A stretch of 64,000 nt of DNA from an uncultured Gemmatimonadales bacterium (GCA_963701965.1 OY969695.1:3104001-3168000), one strand, 5' to 3'. Counted from the first letter of the stretch, positions 1 to 9,964 are shown. Translations and numbers: made by a program. Notes: a model not told the origin generated them from the letters alone.

Positions 1-12
1 CTCTCGATGCCG

Positions 13-756
13 TCATGCGTCCTCCTGGCCCTGATCGGACGGTGTCGCGTGTCGCCCGAGCGCGATGAGGTCGACAGCCTCCCGACGCACCATGTCCCGC
101 AGCACCCGGACCGCGGATCCAACCATGAATCGCACGGGTGTGTGGTGTCGGGCTTTTGGTGGGAGAGCGGCACGGGTGACGGTGCAGAGCTCGTTCGCCG
201 CGTCGAGATAGGCGTTCACGGCACCGTCAGGAATGACGTGGACCAGCTGCGTCGCTTTGTCATTGGGCGCGAGCGCGCACGCCTGACTATTGGCCTGCAT
301 GCTCGTGCCCCCGAAATCCGCAGTTAGCACGACGCGGTCGATCGAGGTTGTGTCGGGCGCGACCGCCAAGACTGGACAGCGAGCCCAACGTAGGATCGTG
401 CGTACCGCGGCGTGTCGTCGGAGCGGACTGCCTGATCCGAGGCCAATGACGATGAGCGAGGCCCCCAACTGTTCCGAGGCGTGTGAGACCGCGGGGCCGA
501 GTGTCCCGCGACACACGTCGGTGGGTATCGCGTCCGGAGCGACCCCCGCTTCCGACAGGCGGCGATTCAAGCGTCGACGTGAGACTTCGAGTCTATTCGT
601 GCGTCCGACGACCGACAATGTCGCCAGCCCAGCCCCAAGATGAGTGGCAATCGCTCGAGCGACGACGATAGAGGCCGTCGAACGCATGCGCGCGTTGAGC
701 ACAAGGAGCACGCCTGTCTGCTCTTGGTTCTGTGGGGTTGCTAGATACTCGTCCAC
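13..756 (-). CDS. Universal stress protein (tandem USP domains)
   Basis: ASLIVIGLG...TILRWARCPVLAV and VDLIALGRH USP-like motifs; GGAGGAG RBS before GTG at 756. Confidence 0.75.
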   Translation of the reverse strand: MDEYLATPQNQEQTGVLLVLNARMRSTASIVVARAIATHLGAGLATLSVVGRTNRLEVSRRRLNRRLSEAGVAPDAIPTDVCRGTLGPAVSHASEQLGASLIVIGLGSGSPLRRHAAVRTILRWARCPVLAVAPDTTSIDRVVLTADFGGTSMQANSQACALAPNDKATQLVHVIPDGAVNAYLDAANELCTVTRAALPPKARHHTPVRFMVGSAVRVLRDMVRREAVDLIALGRHATPSDQGQEDA

Positions 757-775
757 GGTCAACTCCTCCGTGCGG

Positions 776-1045
776 TCACGGTGATGGCGGTGCCCAGGAC
801 GCCGGTCCAGCACTCACGTATCGGTCACTGAGTGTCAGCCCATTGGCGAGCGCTTGCACGCCGGCGACTCCGCGAACCGTTGCCGTGGCCTCGTGTCGGT
901 CCGCATTGGTGTCGACGTGGCCGGCCAACGAGGCGACTCCATTCCGGACGGTGACTTCAATGCGCAGAGCGGTGAGGCCGAGAGCGGCGCGGAGCGCTCC
1001 GCGTATGCTGGCGTGAAGCGCGAAATCGGACGGCATGGATGTCAA
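776..1045 (-). CDS. BON-domain protein
   Basis: IEVTVRNGVASLAGHVDT...A.ATVRGVAGVQALANGL is a typical BON pattern. Confidence 0.8.
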   Translation of the reverse strand: MTSMPSDFALHASIRGALRAALGLTALRIEVTVRNGVASLAGHVDTNADRHEATATVRGVAGVQALANGLTLSDRYVSAGPASWAPPSP

Positions 1046-1070
1046 TATCGGCGGGCGGGCGTGCCGAGAC

Positions 1071-1133
1071 AGTCAAGGGTCTTCCGGACCCGATGTCAGG
1101 CGATCACCGACGTATCTCAGGGATCGCCCGGAC
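1071..1133. promoter_or_regulatory. Three degenerate GTCAGG-N5-CCTGAC-like sites between divergent BON genes
   Basis: Sites begin near 1071, 1094 and 1115 (21-23 bp spacing); same motif at 1978, 2041 and 6402. Confidence 0.5.
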
Positions 1134-1189
1134 GGCGGTCCACGGCGCGATTTGTCATCGTGCATGCGTCCCTTGCGAGAGGTGAAGCA

Positions 1190-1672
1190 ATGCTCCAGGA
1201 TCGCGCGATACACGAACAGGTCTTGGTTGCCCTGTGTCGGGAGCTGGACGTCGGGATCGAGACCGTCAGCATTCGGGTCGACCGTGGTGTCGTGTTGCTG
1301 AGTGGGGTCGTGGACACTCCGGCCGAGCGCCAGGCGTGCGAGCGTGCGGCGTGGGGGGTTCCCGGTGTCCGGGCTCTGGTTCAGCGCCTTGCGGTTCGGC
1401 GCGCCCGCCCCGGCGGCCCGACGGATCGAGAGCTCGCCGTCGCCGTTCTGAGTGCGTTGGACGCGCGCGGTCGTCAGGACATCCGGGTACGTGTCCAGGA
1501 GGGATTGGTGGCCATCGGCGGCACATTCGGCTCGGAGGACGAGCGCGATAGTCTCGCGGGCCGCCTCACGGCCATCCCAGGAGTGGTCAATGTCGTCGCG
1601 ACCGACTGGGCGACGAACGCGCCGCGGGGCGTGGCGGGTCGCGCGACGCTCGGCGGCATCCCCATCGCTTAG
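1190..1672 (+). CDS. Double BON-domain protein (OsmY-like)
   Basis: Two BON repeats (VSIRVDRGVVLLSGVVDT...; IRVRVQEGLVAIGG...); GAGG RBS before ATG 1190. Confidence 0.85.
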   Translation: MLQDRAIHEQVLVALCRELDVGIETVSIRVDRGVVLLSGVVDTPAERQACERAAWGVPGVRALVQRLAVRRARPGGPTDRELAVAVLSALDARGRQDIRVRVQEGLVAIGGTFGSEDERDSLAGRLTAIPGVVNVVATDWATNAPRGVAGRATLGGIPIA

Positions 1673-1782
1673 GTACTCAGAAGTCGGTGCCTGTCGTCAG
1701 GGCATCCACGCTGCACGCGGCGATCATACACGAGGGCGACCGCTTCACGGCGTGGCGGCAGAATGCGCAGGGGCCGTGCCTG

Positions 1783-1896
1783 TCATTCGACGTGGCGGCC
1801 GCGGACCAGCATGATGACGATTGCGGCCACCGCGATAACCGCGGTGACGACGAGCTCCAGTTGGGCGGGAGTGGGGAATACTGCTGACATCGCCAT
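1783..1896 (-). CDS. Small (37 aa) single-TM membrane peptide
   Basis: AAGGAG RBS 5 nt before ATG; MAMSAVFPTPAQLELVVTAVIAVAAIVIMLVRGRHVE. Confidence 0.45.
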   Translation of the reverse strand: MAMSAVFPTPAQLELVVTAVIAVAAIVIMLVRGRHVE

Positions 1897-1977
1897 CGGT
1901 GCTCCTTGGTTAGGGATCCCTGGAGGGAAGATCGGCGTAGCGAAGTCTCTGCAATGTCAGGCCAGATGAGTAAGACG

Positions 1978-1994
1978 GTCAGGGATGACCTGAC
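1978..1994. promoter_or_regulatory. Palindromic operator GTCAGG-GATGA-CCTGAC
   Basis: Perfect 6-bp inverted repeat with 5-bp spacer upstream of the P-type ATPase. Confidence 0.55.
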
Positions 1995-2092
1995 ACGCGG
2001 TGGAGCGCTGACGAGTTGGAGCTGGTGTGGTACGGCCGAATGTCGGGGATTCGCTTACACGGCACCGACGCCCGAGTAGCGAGTTTGCAGCT

Positions 2093-3952
2093 ATGGCGTC
2101 CGATCAACCTTCCAAGCTTTGGGTCGTGCTGCGACCCGTTGGAGTCGTAGCGGCGCTCATTGGCGGCGGCGCACTCCAGCTCAGTGCCACGACACGTTCG
2201 GTCGGGCACGCGCTTTGGATGGTTGCTCTCGTAGTCGCAGGCGCGCCCACCATTTGGCAGGCCGTGCGGGCGCTAGTGTCCCGACAATTTGCGGTGGACG
2301 TGGTTGCCGCCTTGGCGATCGGCGGCGCGGTCCTGATCGACCAGCCGCTGGCCGGGCTTATCATCGTTCTCATGCAGAGCGGTGGAGTGGCGCTCGAGGC
2401 CTATGCCGCCGGCCGAGCATCCGCGGCCGTCCGCGCACTGGAGGAGTCCGCTCCACGGATCGCGCATCGGGTCGCCGATGATGGCACGGAAGACTTGCCA
2501 GCCGAGGCCGTTCTCGTTGGAGATCTACTGCTTGTTCGACCAGGAGAGTTGATTCCATGCGATGCGGTCGTCGTGAGCGGGCTTTCGACGGTCGACACAT
2601 CGCGTCTGACCGGTGAGCCATTGCCTCTCAGCGCGCGAGAAGGCACCCGATTGCTCAGCGGTAGCATCAATGGCGACCGTCCACTCGAGGTGCGCGCCAC
2701 CGCAATCGCAGGCGAGAGTCAGTATGCCCGCATCGTCGAGTTGGTCCGCTCCGCACAGGCGAGCAAAGCGCCTCTCCAGCGTGTGGCGGACCGATACGCG
2801 ATCTGGTTTACCCCTCTCACTCTTCTGGTGTGTCTCGCCGCCTATCTCCTCACCCGGGATCCGGTCCGTGTTGTGGCCGTTCTCGTGGTCGCGACCCCGT
2901 GTCCACTCATTCTCGCCGTCCCCGTCGCCATTGTGAGTGGGATCAGCAATGCGGCCCGACATCGGATCATCGTCCGTCACGGTGAGGCGCTGGAACGACT
3001 CGCTGCGGTCACCGTCGCCGTCTTCGACAAGACGGGCACGCTGACGATCGGGGCGCCGCGCGTGCGTCGACTCCTCCCAGCACCAGGCATCGACGCACCC
3101 ACGCTGCTCCAAGGGGCGGCGGCGATCGAGCACGGCTCAGGGCATCTGCTCGCGCGCACCATCGTGTCCGCCGCGGAGGAGGCCGCACTCTCATCGTCGC
3201 CGGCGTGCGATGTCGTCGAGGTGTCGGGGCGCGGTGTCACGGGTTCGGTGAACGGACGGGCGTGGATCGTCGGGTCGCGAGCGTTCGTCGAGGAGCGTCT
3301 GCCGCTCACGCGATCGGCGTTTGCGGCGCTCGATGCTGAGGACGCGGTGCTCCTGCGCGCCTACGTAGCGGTGGACGGCCGGGCGGCGGGGGTCATCGAG
3401 TTCGCGGACGCCGCACGTCCCGAGTTAGGCGGCATGCTCAGCGAACTCAAACACGCTGGCGTCACCCGCGTGCTCTTGCTCTCGGGAGACCAAGATCGCT
3501 ACACCCAGGCCATCGCGCGGGCTGTGGGCATCGACGAGGCGCACGGTGATCTGCTGCCCGGTGACAAAGTACGGATTGTGAACGAGATCCGTCGCGCCGG
3601 CAGCGCGGTCATGATGGTGGGCGATGGCACAAATGACGCGCCGGCGCTGGCCGCCGCGGACGTCGGAGTCGCGCTCGCTGGCCACGGCGGCGGCATTGCC
3701 GCGGAAACGGCGGGCGTCGTCTTGTTGACGGACGACGTTGGAGGCGTCATCGATGCCGTTGTCATCGCGCGGCGCACCCTCCGGATCGCGAGGCAAAGCA
3801 TTTGGGTCGGACTGGGGCTCAGTGGAGCCGCCATGATCGTCGCCGCCGCGGGGATGATTCCGCCCACGATCGGCGCGGTGTTACAGGAGATCATCGATGT
3901 GACGGTGATCTTCAATGCATTGCGCGCGTCGCATGACCTTACCAGAACGTGA
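2093..3952 (+). CDS. Heavy-metal P-type ATPase, P1B-5 subclass
   Basis: TGE, TPCP, DKTGT and GDGTND motifs; QxxxxGxxxSxxxM and PxxxxxxQExxDxxxxxN transmembrane signatures. Confidence 0.9.
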   Translation: MASDQPSKLWVVLRPVGVVAALIGGGALQLSATTRSVGHALWMVALVVAGAPTIWQAVRALVSRQFAVDVVAALAIGGAVLIDQPLAGLIIVLMQSGGVALEAYAAGRASAAVRALEESAPRIAHRVADDGTEDLPAEAVLVGDLLLVRPGELIPCDAVVVSGLSTVDTSRLTGEPLPLSAREGTRLLSGSINGDRPLEVRATAIAGESQYARIVELVRSAQASKAPLQRVADRYAIWFTPLTLLVCLAAYLLTRDPVRVVAVLVVATPCPLILAVPVAIVSGISNAARHRIIVRHGEALERLAAVTVAVFDKTGTLTIGAPRVRRLLPAPGIDAPTLLQGAAAIEHGSGHLLARTIVSAAEEAALSSSPACDVVEVSGRGVTGSVNGRAWIVGSRAFVEERLPLTRSAFAALDAEDAVLLRAYVAVDGRAAGVIEFADAARPELGGMLSELKHAGVTRVLLLSGDQDRYTQAIARAVGIDEAHGDLLPGDKVRIVNEIRRAGSAVMMVGDGTNDAPALAAADVGVALAGHGGGIAAETAGVVLLTDDVGGVIDAVVIARRTLRIARQSIWVGLGLSGAAMIVAAAGMIPPTIGAVLQEIIDVTVIFNALRASHDLTRT

Positions 3953-3996
3953 ACACGTGGGAACGCCACGAAAACGCGGCCCTCGCTTTTTAGGAG

Positions 3997-4515
3997 CTAC
4001 CGAGAGATCACCTTGCCCATCCAGAGCACGTCCCAGTAGCGGTCAAACTTGCGGCCGACTTCGATGAACGTGCCAATGGTCGTGAAATCGAAGCGCTCGT
4101 GCAGGGTGTTCGAGGCCGCATTGGGTTGGGCTATTCCGGCGAGGACGAGATGCACGTCCTCCGTCGCCAGTGCTGCGAATAACGCCCGATACAAGGCGGT
4201 GCCGATACCTCGCCCAGTCGCATCCGGGCGACACTGGATGGTGACTTCCACCGTCGGGTCGTAGGCTTGCTTGGCTCGAAAGCGGCCGGTGGCTGTGTAG
4301 CCGGCGATCCTGCCCGCCGGATCCTCGGCGACGAGGATCCAATGGCGGTGGCCGTCGGAGTGGTCGTGAAACCACGTTGTGCGTTGGGAAGCGGTAGCCG
4401 GACGGACATCAAAGGTGACATGAGAGTTGACAACATAGTAGTTGTGGATCTCCGTCAACTGCGGGAGGTCGTCGAGGGTCGCGGGTCGGATGATCACGTC
4501 AGTCCGTTGCTCCAT
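3997..4515 (-). CDS. GNAT N-acetyltransferase (phosphinothricin/YncA-like)
   Basis: IRPATLDDLPQLTEIHNYYV, GRGIGTALY, NAASNTLHERF, GRKFDRYWDV. Confidence 0.9.
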   Translation of the reverse strand: MEQRTDVIIRPATLDDLPQLTEIHNYYVVNSHVTFDVRPATASQRTTWFHDHSDGHRHWILVAEDPAGRIAGYTATGRFRAKQAYDPTVEVTIQCRPDATGRGIGTALYRALFAALATEDVHLVLAGIAQPNAASNTLHERFDFTTIGTFIEVGRKFDRYWDVLWMGKVISR

Positions 4516-4668
4516 AGGTGTTCTGGGGGTCGGCGCCGACATGGGCGCCAAACCAATGATCCGACTGTGAAAATGGCGGCATGCTCGCCGACTTGGGTCG
4601 CAACCAGCGTGGTTCGCGACGAGCGCTCCGACATCGTCATCGTGGCTCATGGGTTGCTAGGGCCTGAG

Positions 4669-6348
4669 TCAGATCCTAATCGCGTCGATTGAATGCACAA
4701 ACTCGCGCGCGAGCTCGACACCTGCCGCAAGTGACGGAGCGATGTTCTCTGGGCCGACATCGTCGGCAACGGGTGATCGCTCGAGCGCTTGGCGAGGTTG
4801 CGCGTGGAGTTCCGTGAGGATGACCAAGGTCCCTTCGCGACGGAACCTGTGGACGATATCGGCTAGCGTGCGGAGCCCCGTCGCATCGATCGCCGGCACG
4901 CGCCCCATGCGGAGGATGATCACCCGAGGCCGTTTGGCAATGTCACTCAGCGCTTGCTTGAAAGTGGTTGCGGCGCCAAAAAACAGTGGCCCATGGATCT
5001 CGTAGACTGCGACGCCCCGGCCGGCGGCACGTTCGGCATTGGTGATGTCTGCCACGTGAACGGCATCGTTCGTGTGTCCGACGGCGTCGTTCGGCGAGAC
5101 CGACACGCCAGCGACTTCGGCCATGCGTCGCATGAAGAGAAATGCGGCCATGACCATCCCGACCTCTATCGCGACGACGAGCGACACCACGACGGTGAGA
5201 CCGAACGTCACGAGCAACACGGCCACGTCGCTCCTCGGCGAACGAAGCTCTGCCCGAAAAGTGCGCCACTCGCTCATGTGGTAGCACACGATCGTGAGGA
5301 TCCCGGCCAGACACGCCATTGGCACGAGCGCGGCCCATCGGCCGACGAAGATCGTGATCGCGAGGAGCGTGACGGCGTGGGTCAGCCCGGCGACCGGCGT
5401 CCGGCCGCCGTTCTTTGCGTTCGTCGCCGTCCGCGCGATCGCGCCGGTGGCCGGAATGCCGCCAAAGAGAGGCGTGACCACGTTGGCGATGCCCTGCGCG
5501 ATCAGCTCTGTGTCCGGACGGTGCTCGCCACCGATCATGCCGTCAGCGACGACGGCCGAGAGGAGCGATTCAATGCCGCCTAAGAGCGCGATCGCGATCG
5601 CTGGTTGGGCAAGATCGGTGACGGTCCGGATCGTAACCGCGGGGATCCGGAATGGTGGGAACGATGCGCGAATCGCGCCGAACCGACTGCCAATCGTTTC
5701 GACCGGCAAGTGAAAGATCTGCACGATCGCGGTTGCCGCGAGCAGCGCGATGAGTGGACCGGGGATTCGGCGGCTAACGGCCGGCCAGAGGACGAGAATA
5801 ACGATCGTTCCGGCAGAGACGGCAGCCGCGGAGGGGTTGATCGAGGACAGATGCTGCCCATACGCCAGCCACTTCTCGAGGAAGTTGGCGGGAACGTCGC
5901 TCATGCGGAGGCCGAGCAGGTCCTTGATCTCTCCCGAAAAGATGATGACGGCGATCCCGCTCGTAAATCCGGTGATGATTGGGAACGGAATGAACCGTAT
6001 CGTCGAGCCGAGCTTGAGCACGCCGAGCACGATCAGGATGACGCCCGCCATAATGGTCGCAACCGTGAGCCCATCAATGCCGTAGCGTTGCACTATAGCA
6101 TACACGATGACCACGAAGGCCCCGGTCGGCCCGCCGATCTGGACGCGCGATCCGCCGAGGGCGGAGATGAGGAAGCCCGCGATAATGGCGGTGTAGAGGC
6201 CGCGATCTGGTGTGACGCCACTGGCGATGGCGAATGCGATCGCGAGCGGGAGCGCGACGATACCGACAATGACGCCCGCGCCCACATCGGCGAAAAATTG
6301 GGCGCGGGTGTAGCCGCGGAGCGTCGCGAGGAGTTTTGGGGCGTACAT
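4669..6348 (-). CDS. sulP: SulP/SLC26 anion transporter with STAS domain
   Basis: DVGAGVIVGIVALPLAIAFAIASG, GGPTGAF, ATGAIARTATN, GPLFFGAA, IDATGL. Confidence 0.93.
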   Translation of the reverse strand: MYAPKLLATLRGYTRAQFFADVGAGVIVGIVALPLAIAFAIASGVTPDRGLYTAIIAGFLISALGGSRVQIGGPTGAFVVIVYAIVQRYGIDGLTVATIMAGVILIVLGVLKLGSTIRFIPFPIITGFTSGIAVIIFSGEIKDLLGLRMSDVPANFLEKWLAYGQHLSSINPSAAAVSAGTIVILVLWPAVSRRIPGPLIALLAATAIVQIFHLPVETIGSRFGAIRASFPPFRIPAVTIRTVTDLAQPAIAIALLGGIESLLSAVVADGMIGGEHRPDTELIAQGIANVVTPLFGGIPATGAIARTATNAKNGGRTPVAGLTHAVTLLAITIFVGRWAALVPMACLAGILTIVCYHMSEWRTFRAELRSPRSDVAVLLVTFGLTVVVSLVVAIEVGMVMAAFLFMRRMAEVAGVSVSPNDAVGHTNDAVHVADITNAERAAGRGVAVYEIHGPLFFGAATTFKQALSDIAKRPRVIILRMGRVPAIDATGLRTLADIVHRFRREGTLVILTELHAQPRQALERSPVADDVGPENIAPSLAAGVELAREFVHSIDAIRI

Positions 6349-6401
6349 CTGTGAACGATGACGATCTGGTGCGGCCTGGCTGTCAGGCCGCGGCGCAGTT
6401 G

Positions 6402-6422
6402 CTGTAAGGGGTTTCCTTACAG
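6402..6422. promoter_or_regulatory. Palindromic operator CTGTAAGG-GGTTT-CCTTACAG upstream of sulP
   Basis: Perfect 8-bp inverted repeat with 5-bp spacer; half-site TGTCAGG at 6381. Confidence 0.6.
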
Positions 6423-6577
6423 GACAGGCCGGTCTCCGCGTTCCTCGGGCGATGCAAGCTAGTAGCGCTTGTGGCAAGGCTGCGAGACCGGGTAATCCCG
6501 CGCTGACCCTTTTGGTCAAACTCCACGAATCGAGGCGCGTGGTGGAGCTTTAGGCCGACCGGCCTCTGACACTCCGG

Positions 6578-6637
6578 TTCACGGCATTTTCCGTCATCTT
6601 GAGAGCGAGACTACGGCACCGACGCCCGTATTCGCCA
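6578..6637 (+). repeat. ~60-bp direct repeat, copy 1
   Basis: TTCACGGCAT.TTCCGTCATCTTGAGAGCGAG.CTACGGCACCGACGCC...ATTCGCCA recurs at 7822-7880. Confidence 0.85.
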
Positions 6638-6815
6638 CCAAGTACGGTCTTTTGCAGGTTTTCAGGTAGTACGGCAGCGCGTGTCCCTCGGAATCACCAG
6701 TCGAAGCGACTCGCCGTGCACCGCAACCTAACGGCGACCACCTGCCGCACTGCGACCTTCGGCGATTGCCGGCCAGATCACCTTCTCCGTGCGCTCAAAA
6801 GCCGCGCTGACGCGG

Positions 6816-7604
6816 CTACGCACCGGCCGTCGCAATCACGAAGATGTAGTCCCCGACATCATCATGGTCTGCCACGACGCGGTCGATGCGCCCCGACGCG
6901 AGATCCGCTTCGAGTCGAGCGAGTCCTGACACCAACTCTTCAGCGCTTGCTAACAGGCGAAATCCGGACGATCCGGCCCGCACTTCGGGCCGGAGATACT
7001 GGGCTGGGCGATGCTTGTGCGAATACAGGAAGTGATCCTGCAGATCGTCCCGGACGATGTAGGGCTCCGTCGTGACAGACGCGAATCCGGACTGCTCGAG
7101 TAGCGCGCACAGCGCCGGGACCTCGGGGACGCCGGCCGCCGCTCTGGCGAGCATGTTCGGGAAATATTCGTTGAGCCAGTAGTGCTGGAGCTGCTCGGGA
7201 GTAAACGTGAACAGTACGAGCCGGGCATCTCTTCGGAGTACGCGGGCGATCTCCGCGAGACCGGCGGCGTCGTCGGTCCAGTGATGCATGGTCAGCATCG
7301 CCAGCGCGCCGTCAGCGCACGCATCCGCGAGCGGCAATCGCTCGGCGGCGGCCTGAACGATAGCGGCGCCAGAACACTGCGCCCGCGCCGTTGCCACCAT
7401 GGTCGCCGATGGATCGACGCCTATGCAATGCAGGCCGCGACGCGTCAACGCGGCCAGGTAATTCCCCGTGCCGCACCCGATGTCGAGGTACCTACCATGC
7501 GGCGAGGGGACGAGGTGCGCCACAATGCGGTCCGTGATGTAGGGGTCGGCCGCACGGGTCGCGTTGTACCCGCTCCCAATTGTGTCGTACACGGGCACGG
7601 TCAT
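6816..7604 (-). CDS. Class I SAM-dependent methyltransferase
   Basis: YLDIGCGTG motif I, GVDPS, AAAERLPL, MHHWTD. Confidence 0.9.
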   Translation of the reverse strand: MTVPVYDTIGSGYNATRAADPYITDRIVAHLVPSPHGRYLDIGCGTGNYLAALTRRGLHCIGVDPSATMVATARAQCSGAAIVQAAAERLPLADACADGALAMLTMHHWTDDAAGLAEIARVLRRDARLVLFTFTPEQLQHYWLNEYFPNMLARAAAGVPEVPALCALLEQSGFASVTTEPYIVRDDLQDHFLYSHKHRPAQYLRPEVRAGSSGFRLLASAEELVSGLARLEADLASGRIDRVVADHDDVGDYIFVIATAGA

Positions 7605-7821
7605 GAAATCAGTATAACCGCGTCCACGCTCGTTCACCGTGATCGAGGCCTGGCGCTTCTTCGCTCGCCGCCCGATTAGCCCTGTGAAGATCGACCAATC
7701 GCGATCGAGTTGAACGATGCAAAGGGATCACGCCGGACGACTATCAGCAGTCGTGTAGCGTGGCCTTGGATCAGGAGAGTTCCGATTCAGGGGTTCGCGC
7801 GGACGTCATCCGCCACCCGGA

Positions 7822-7880
7822 TTCACGGCATCTTCCGTCATCTTGAGAGCGAGGCTACGGCACCGACGCCGCATTCGCCA
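7822..7880 (+). repeat. ~60-bp direct repeat, copy 2
   Basis: Near-identical to 6578-6637. Confidence 0.85.
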
Positions 7881-7904
7881 ACTTTTACAAGACACGTGCA
7901 GTTA

Positions 7905-7943
7905 TACAGATCTGTAAAATCGAGCTATTTGCAGATCTGTAAA
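7905..7943. promoter_or_regulatory. Two tandem palindromic operators (T(A/G)CAGATCTGTAAA) upstream of the AbiEi-like gene
   Basis: CAGATCTG cores at 7907 and 7932 (25 bp apart) in an AT-rich promoter just before ATG 7965. Confidence 0.65.
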
Positions 7944-7964
7944 AAGCGCCATATATTGTAAACA

Positions 7965-9064
7965 ATGCCCGAGCGTGCCTCGCATCATTTGTTGAATCGC
8001 GCCCTCAGATTCTTGCGAGGTGCGGCGCCTGCCGTGCGCGTGCTCCCCCTCAGCAGCAACGAGGCGACGGGCATCATCACCGTCGAGGGACCCGGCGACC
8101 AGGCGAGTCGGTTGCAGCTCGTCCGGTGGGACGCACGCGATGCAGGAGAACGGCGCGCGCCCAACGCCGATTCGCGCGCTACCCGCGTGTGGGTCGTGGC
8201 CAAAGCCTCGACTCGCCAGCGGCAGCTATGGCGCGAGCGCAACGAGAATTTCATAGATCTAAGCGGCGCCATTCGACTCATCCTGCCCACGTTCGTGGTC
8301 GACCGGACCGACTTGGCGGCAGCGACGCGGCCTGAGGCGGATACCGTGGGTCACACGCGCAATCCCTTCGCGGACCGTGCATCGCTCGTCGTTCGGACAC
8401 TACTCGAGCGCCCGGACGAGTCATGGAGTGTCACGGCGCTCGCCAAAGCGGCCGAATCGTGTCGGTCCCCACCGTCTCGCTCGTGGCCGAAGGGTTGCGA
8501 GAGATGGGCGTGCTCTCGCCGATCAGTCGGCGTGGCGTGATCATGCTCAATGATCCGGTGGCTCTCGATCACCCAATGGGCGCGCCGTTATGACTGGCGT
8601 CAAAATCGGGCGATCGAGTTTGCTGCACCGATGGGAAGTCCTGCCAGGTTCCTGAGGCGACTGCCAGAGATTCTCGGACCGTCCGCGCTGGAACGCAGCC
8701 GACCCGATCACATCCCAGCGAGCGGCGTTGGGCGCTCACACTACAGGCCGGGGCCTCGCTCGTCGACCCACATGCCGACTGGGATATCGTGCACATCTAT
8801 GTCGATGCCGAATCAGTAAACGACCTTGTCGCGATCGGAACGCACGCGGGATGGCCGACTTCCTCGGGGGGAAGAGTGGTACTGATGCTGCCCCGCTACA
8901 GGACTTCGGTTTGGTACCACGCATCGGTAGTCCGCGCTTTGCCAGTCGTGAGCCGCGTGCAACTCGTGCTCGATCTCTGGCACTATCCGGTCCGTGGACG
9001 GGAGCAAGCGGAGCATCTGATGCGCGACGTCGGCTTCGGGGGCGCGAGGGCGAGCCTCCGGTGA
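7965..9064 (+). pseudogene. Type IV TA antitoxin / AbiEi-like transcriptional regulator (at least 3 frameshifts)
   Basis: Stitched frames: NFIDLSG; HTH WSVTALAKAA-VSVPTVSLVAEGL; WARRYDW; WALTLQAGASLVDPH; LPVVSRVQLVLDLWHYPVRGREQAEHL. Confidence 0.7.
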
Positions 9065-9964
9065 GCGACGACGGGAAGAAGCCGGACCTCGAGCATGCGA
9101 TGGCGCGTCTGCTGTGGATCCTGCGCGATTACCTCTCAGACCTCGTCATCATTGGCGGTTGGGTTCCATATCTCTACAAGCATTACAGTGGCGATCCGTG
9201 GGTTGGGCGTCAGTCGCGCACCACGGAGATCGACGTCCTCGCGATACCGCCTGTCCCCATACGTGCAGGGTGCACCGCTCGATAGCATACTCACGGCAGC
9301 GGGGCTCAGACCCGCCCGCAAAGAGGGCCCGTCCGCGGTCTGGTCAGCCGCCGATCAAACCGGTGAGGAGATCGAGTTCCTTACACCGCTCTTGTCCGCA
9401 CGGCAGCATGGACAGACCGTCGCCGTGACCGGGCACGGCCAGATCGGCACAATCGGCCTGCCGCTCCTCGGCCTCCTGGGACACCATTCGACGACGCTCA
9501 CCATTCCGGTCGGGGAGTTCGACGGCCGATTGCAAGAACTCTCGGTCCGAGTGCCACGGTTGGGTGCCTACGTTTTGAACAAGGCCGCCACTGTCCAGGC
9601 GCGCACTGCACACGTGGACGGGGGCAATCCCAAGAAGGCAAAGGACCTCGTGTACCTTCACGACGTCATGGCCGCCGGGGACGTGGTTCGGCAACGGGTC
9701 GAGTCCGACATCAGGCTCATGCTACAGCGTACAAAGAAGACGAGCGTTGAACAGCATGCGATTCGAACTGCGATCAGTACACTAGTCACGCTACTCGATC
9801 AACGGCGGCGCCACGAGCTCGTCTCGTTAGCAGCCGCGGAACTGGGTACCCGCGACGGATTGGCGTTGGTCAATGCTGAGGCGCAGATCCGCGGACAGCT
9901 GACGGATCTCTTGGAAATGTTCCGCGAGATAGTGGCATCGCGTCGACGCCGCCCCACCGGTTAG
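9061..9964 (+). pseudogene. Nucleotidyltransferase-fold toxin (AbiEii/GSU2403-like), one frameshift near 9255
   Basis: LVIIGGWVPYLY...RTTEIDV NTase motif, IEFLTP, GAYVLNK, KKAKDLVY; GTG start overlaps the upstream stop (GTGA). Confidence 0.7.
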
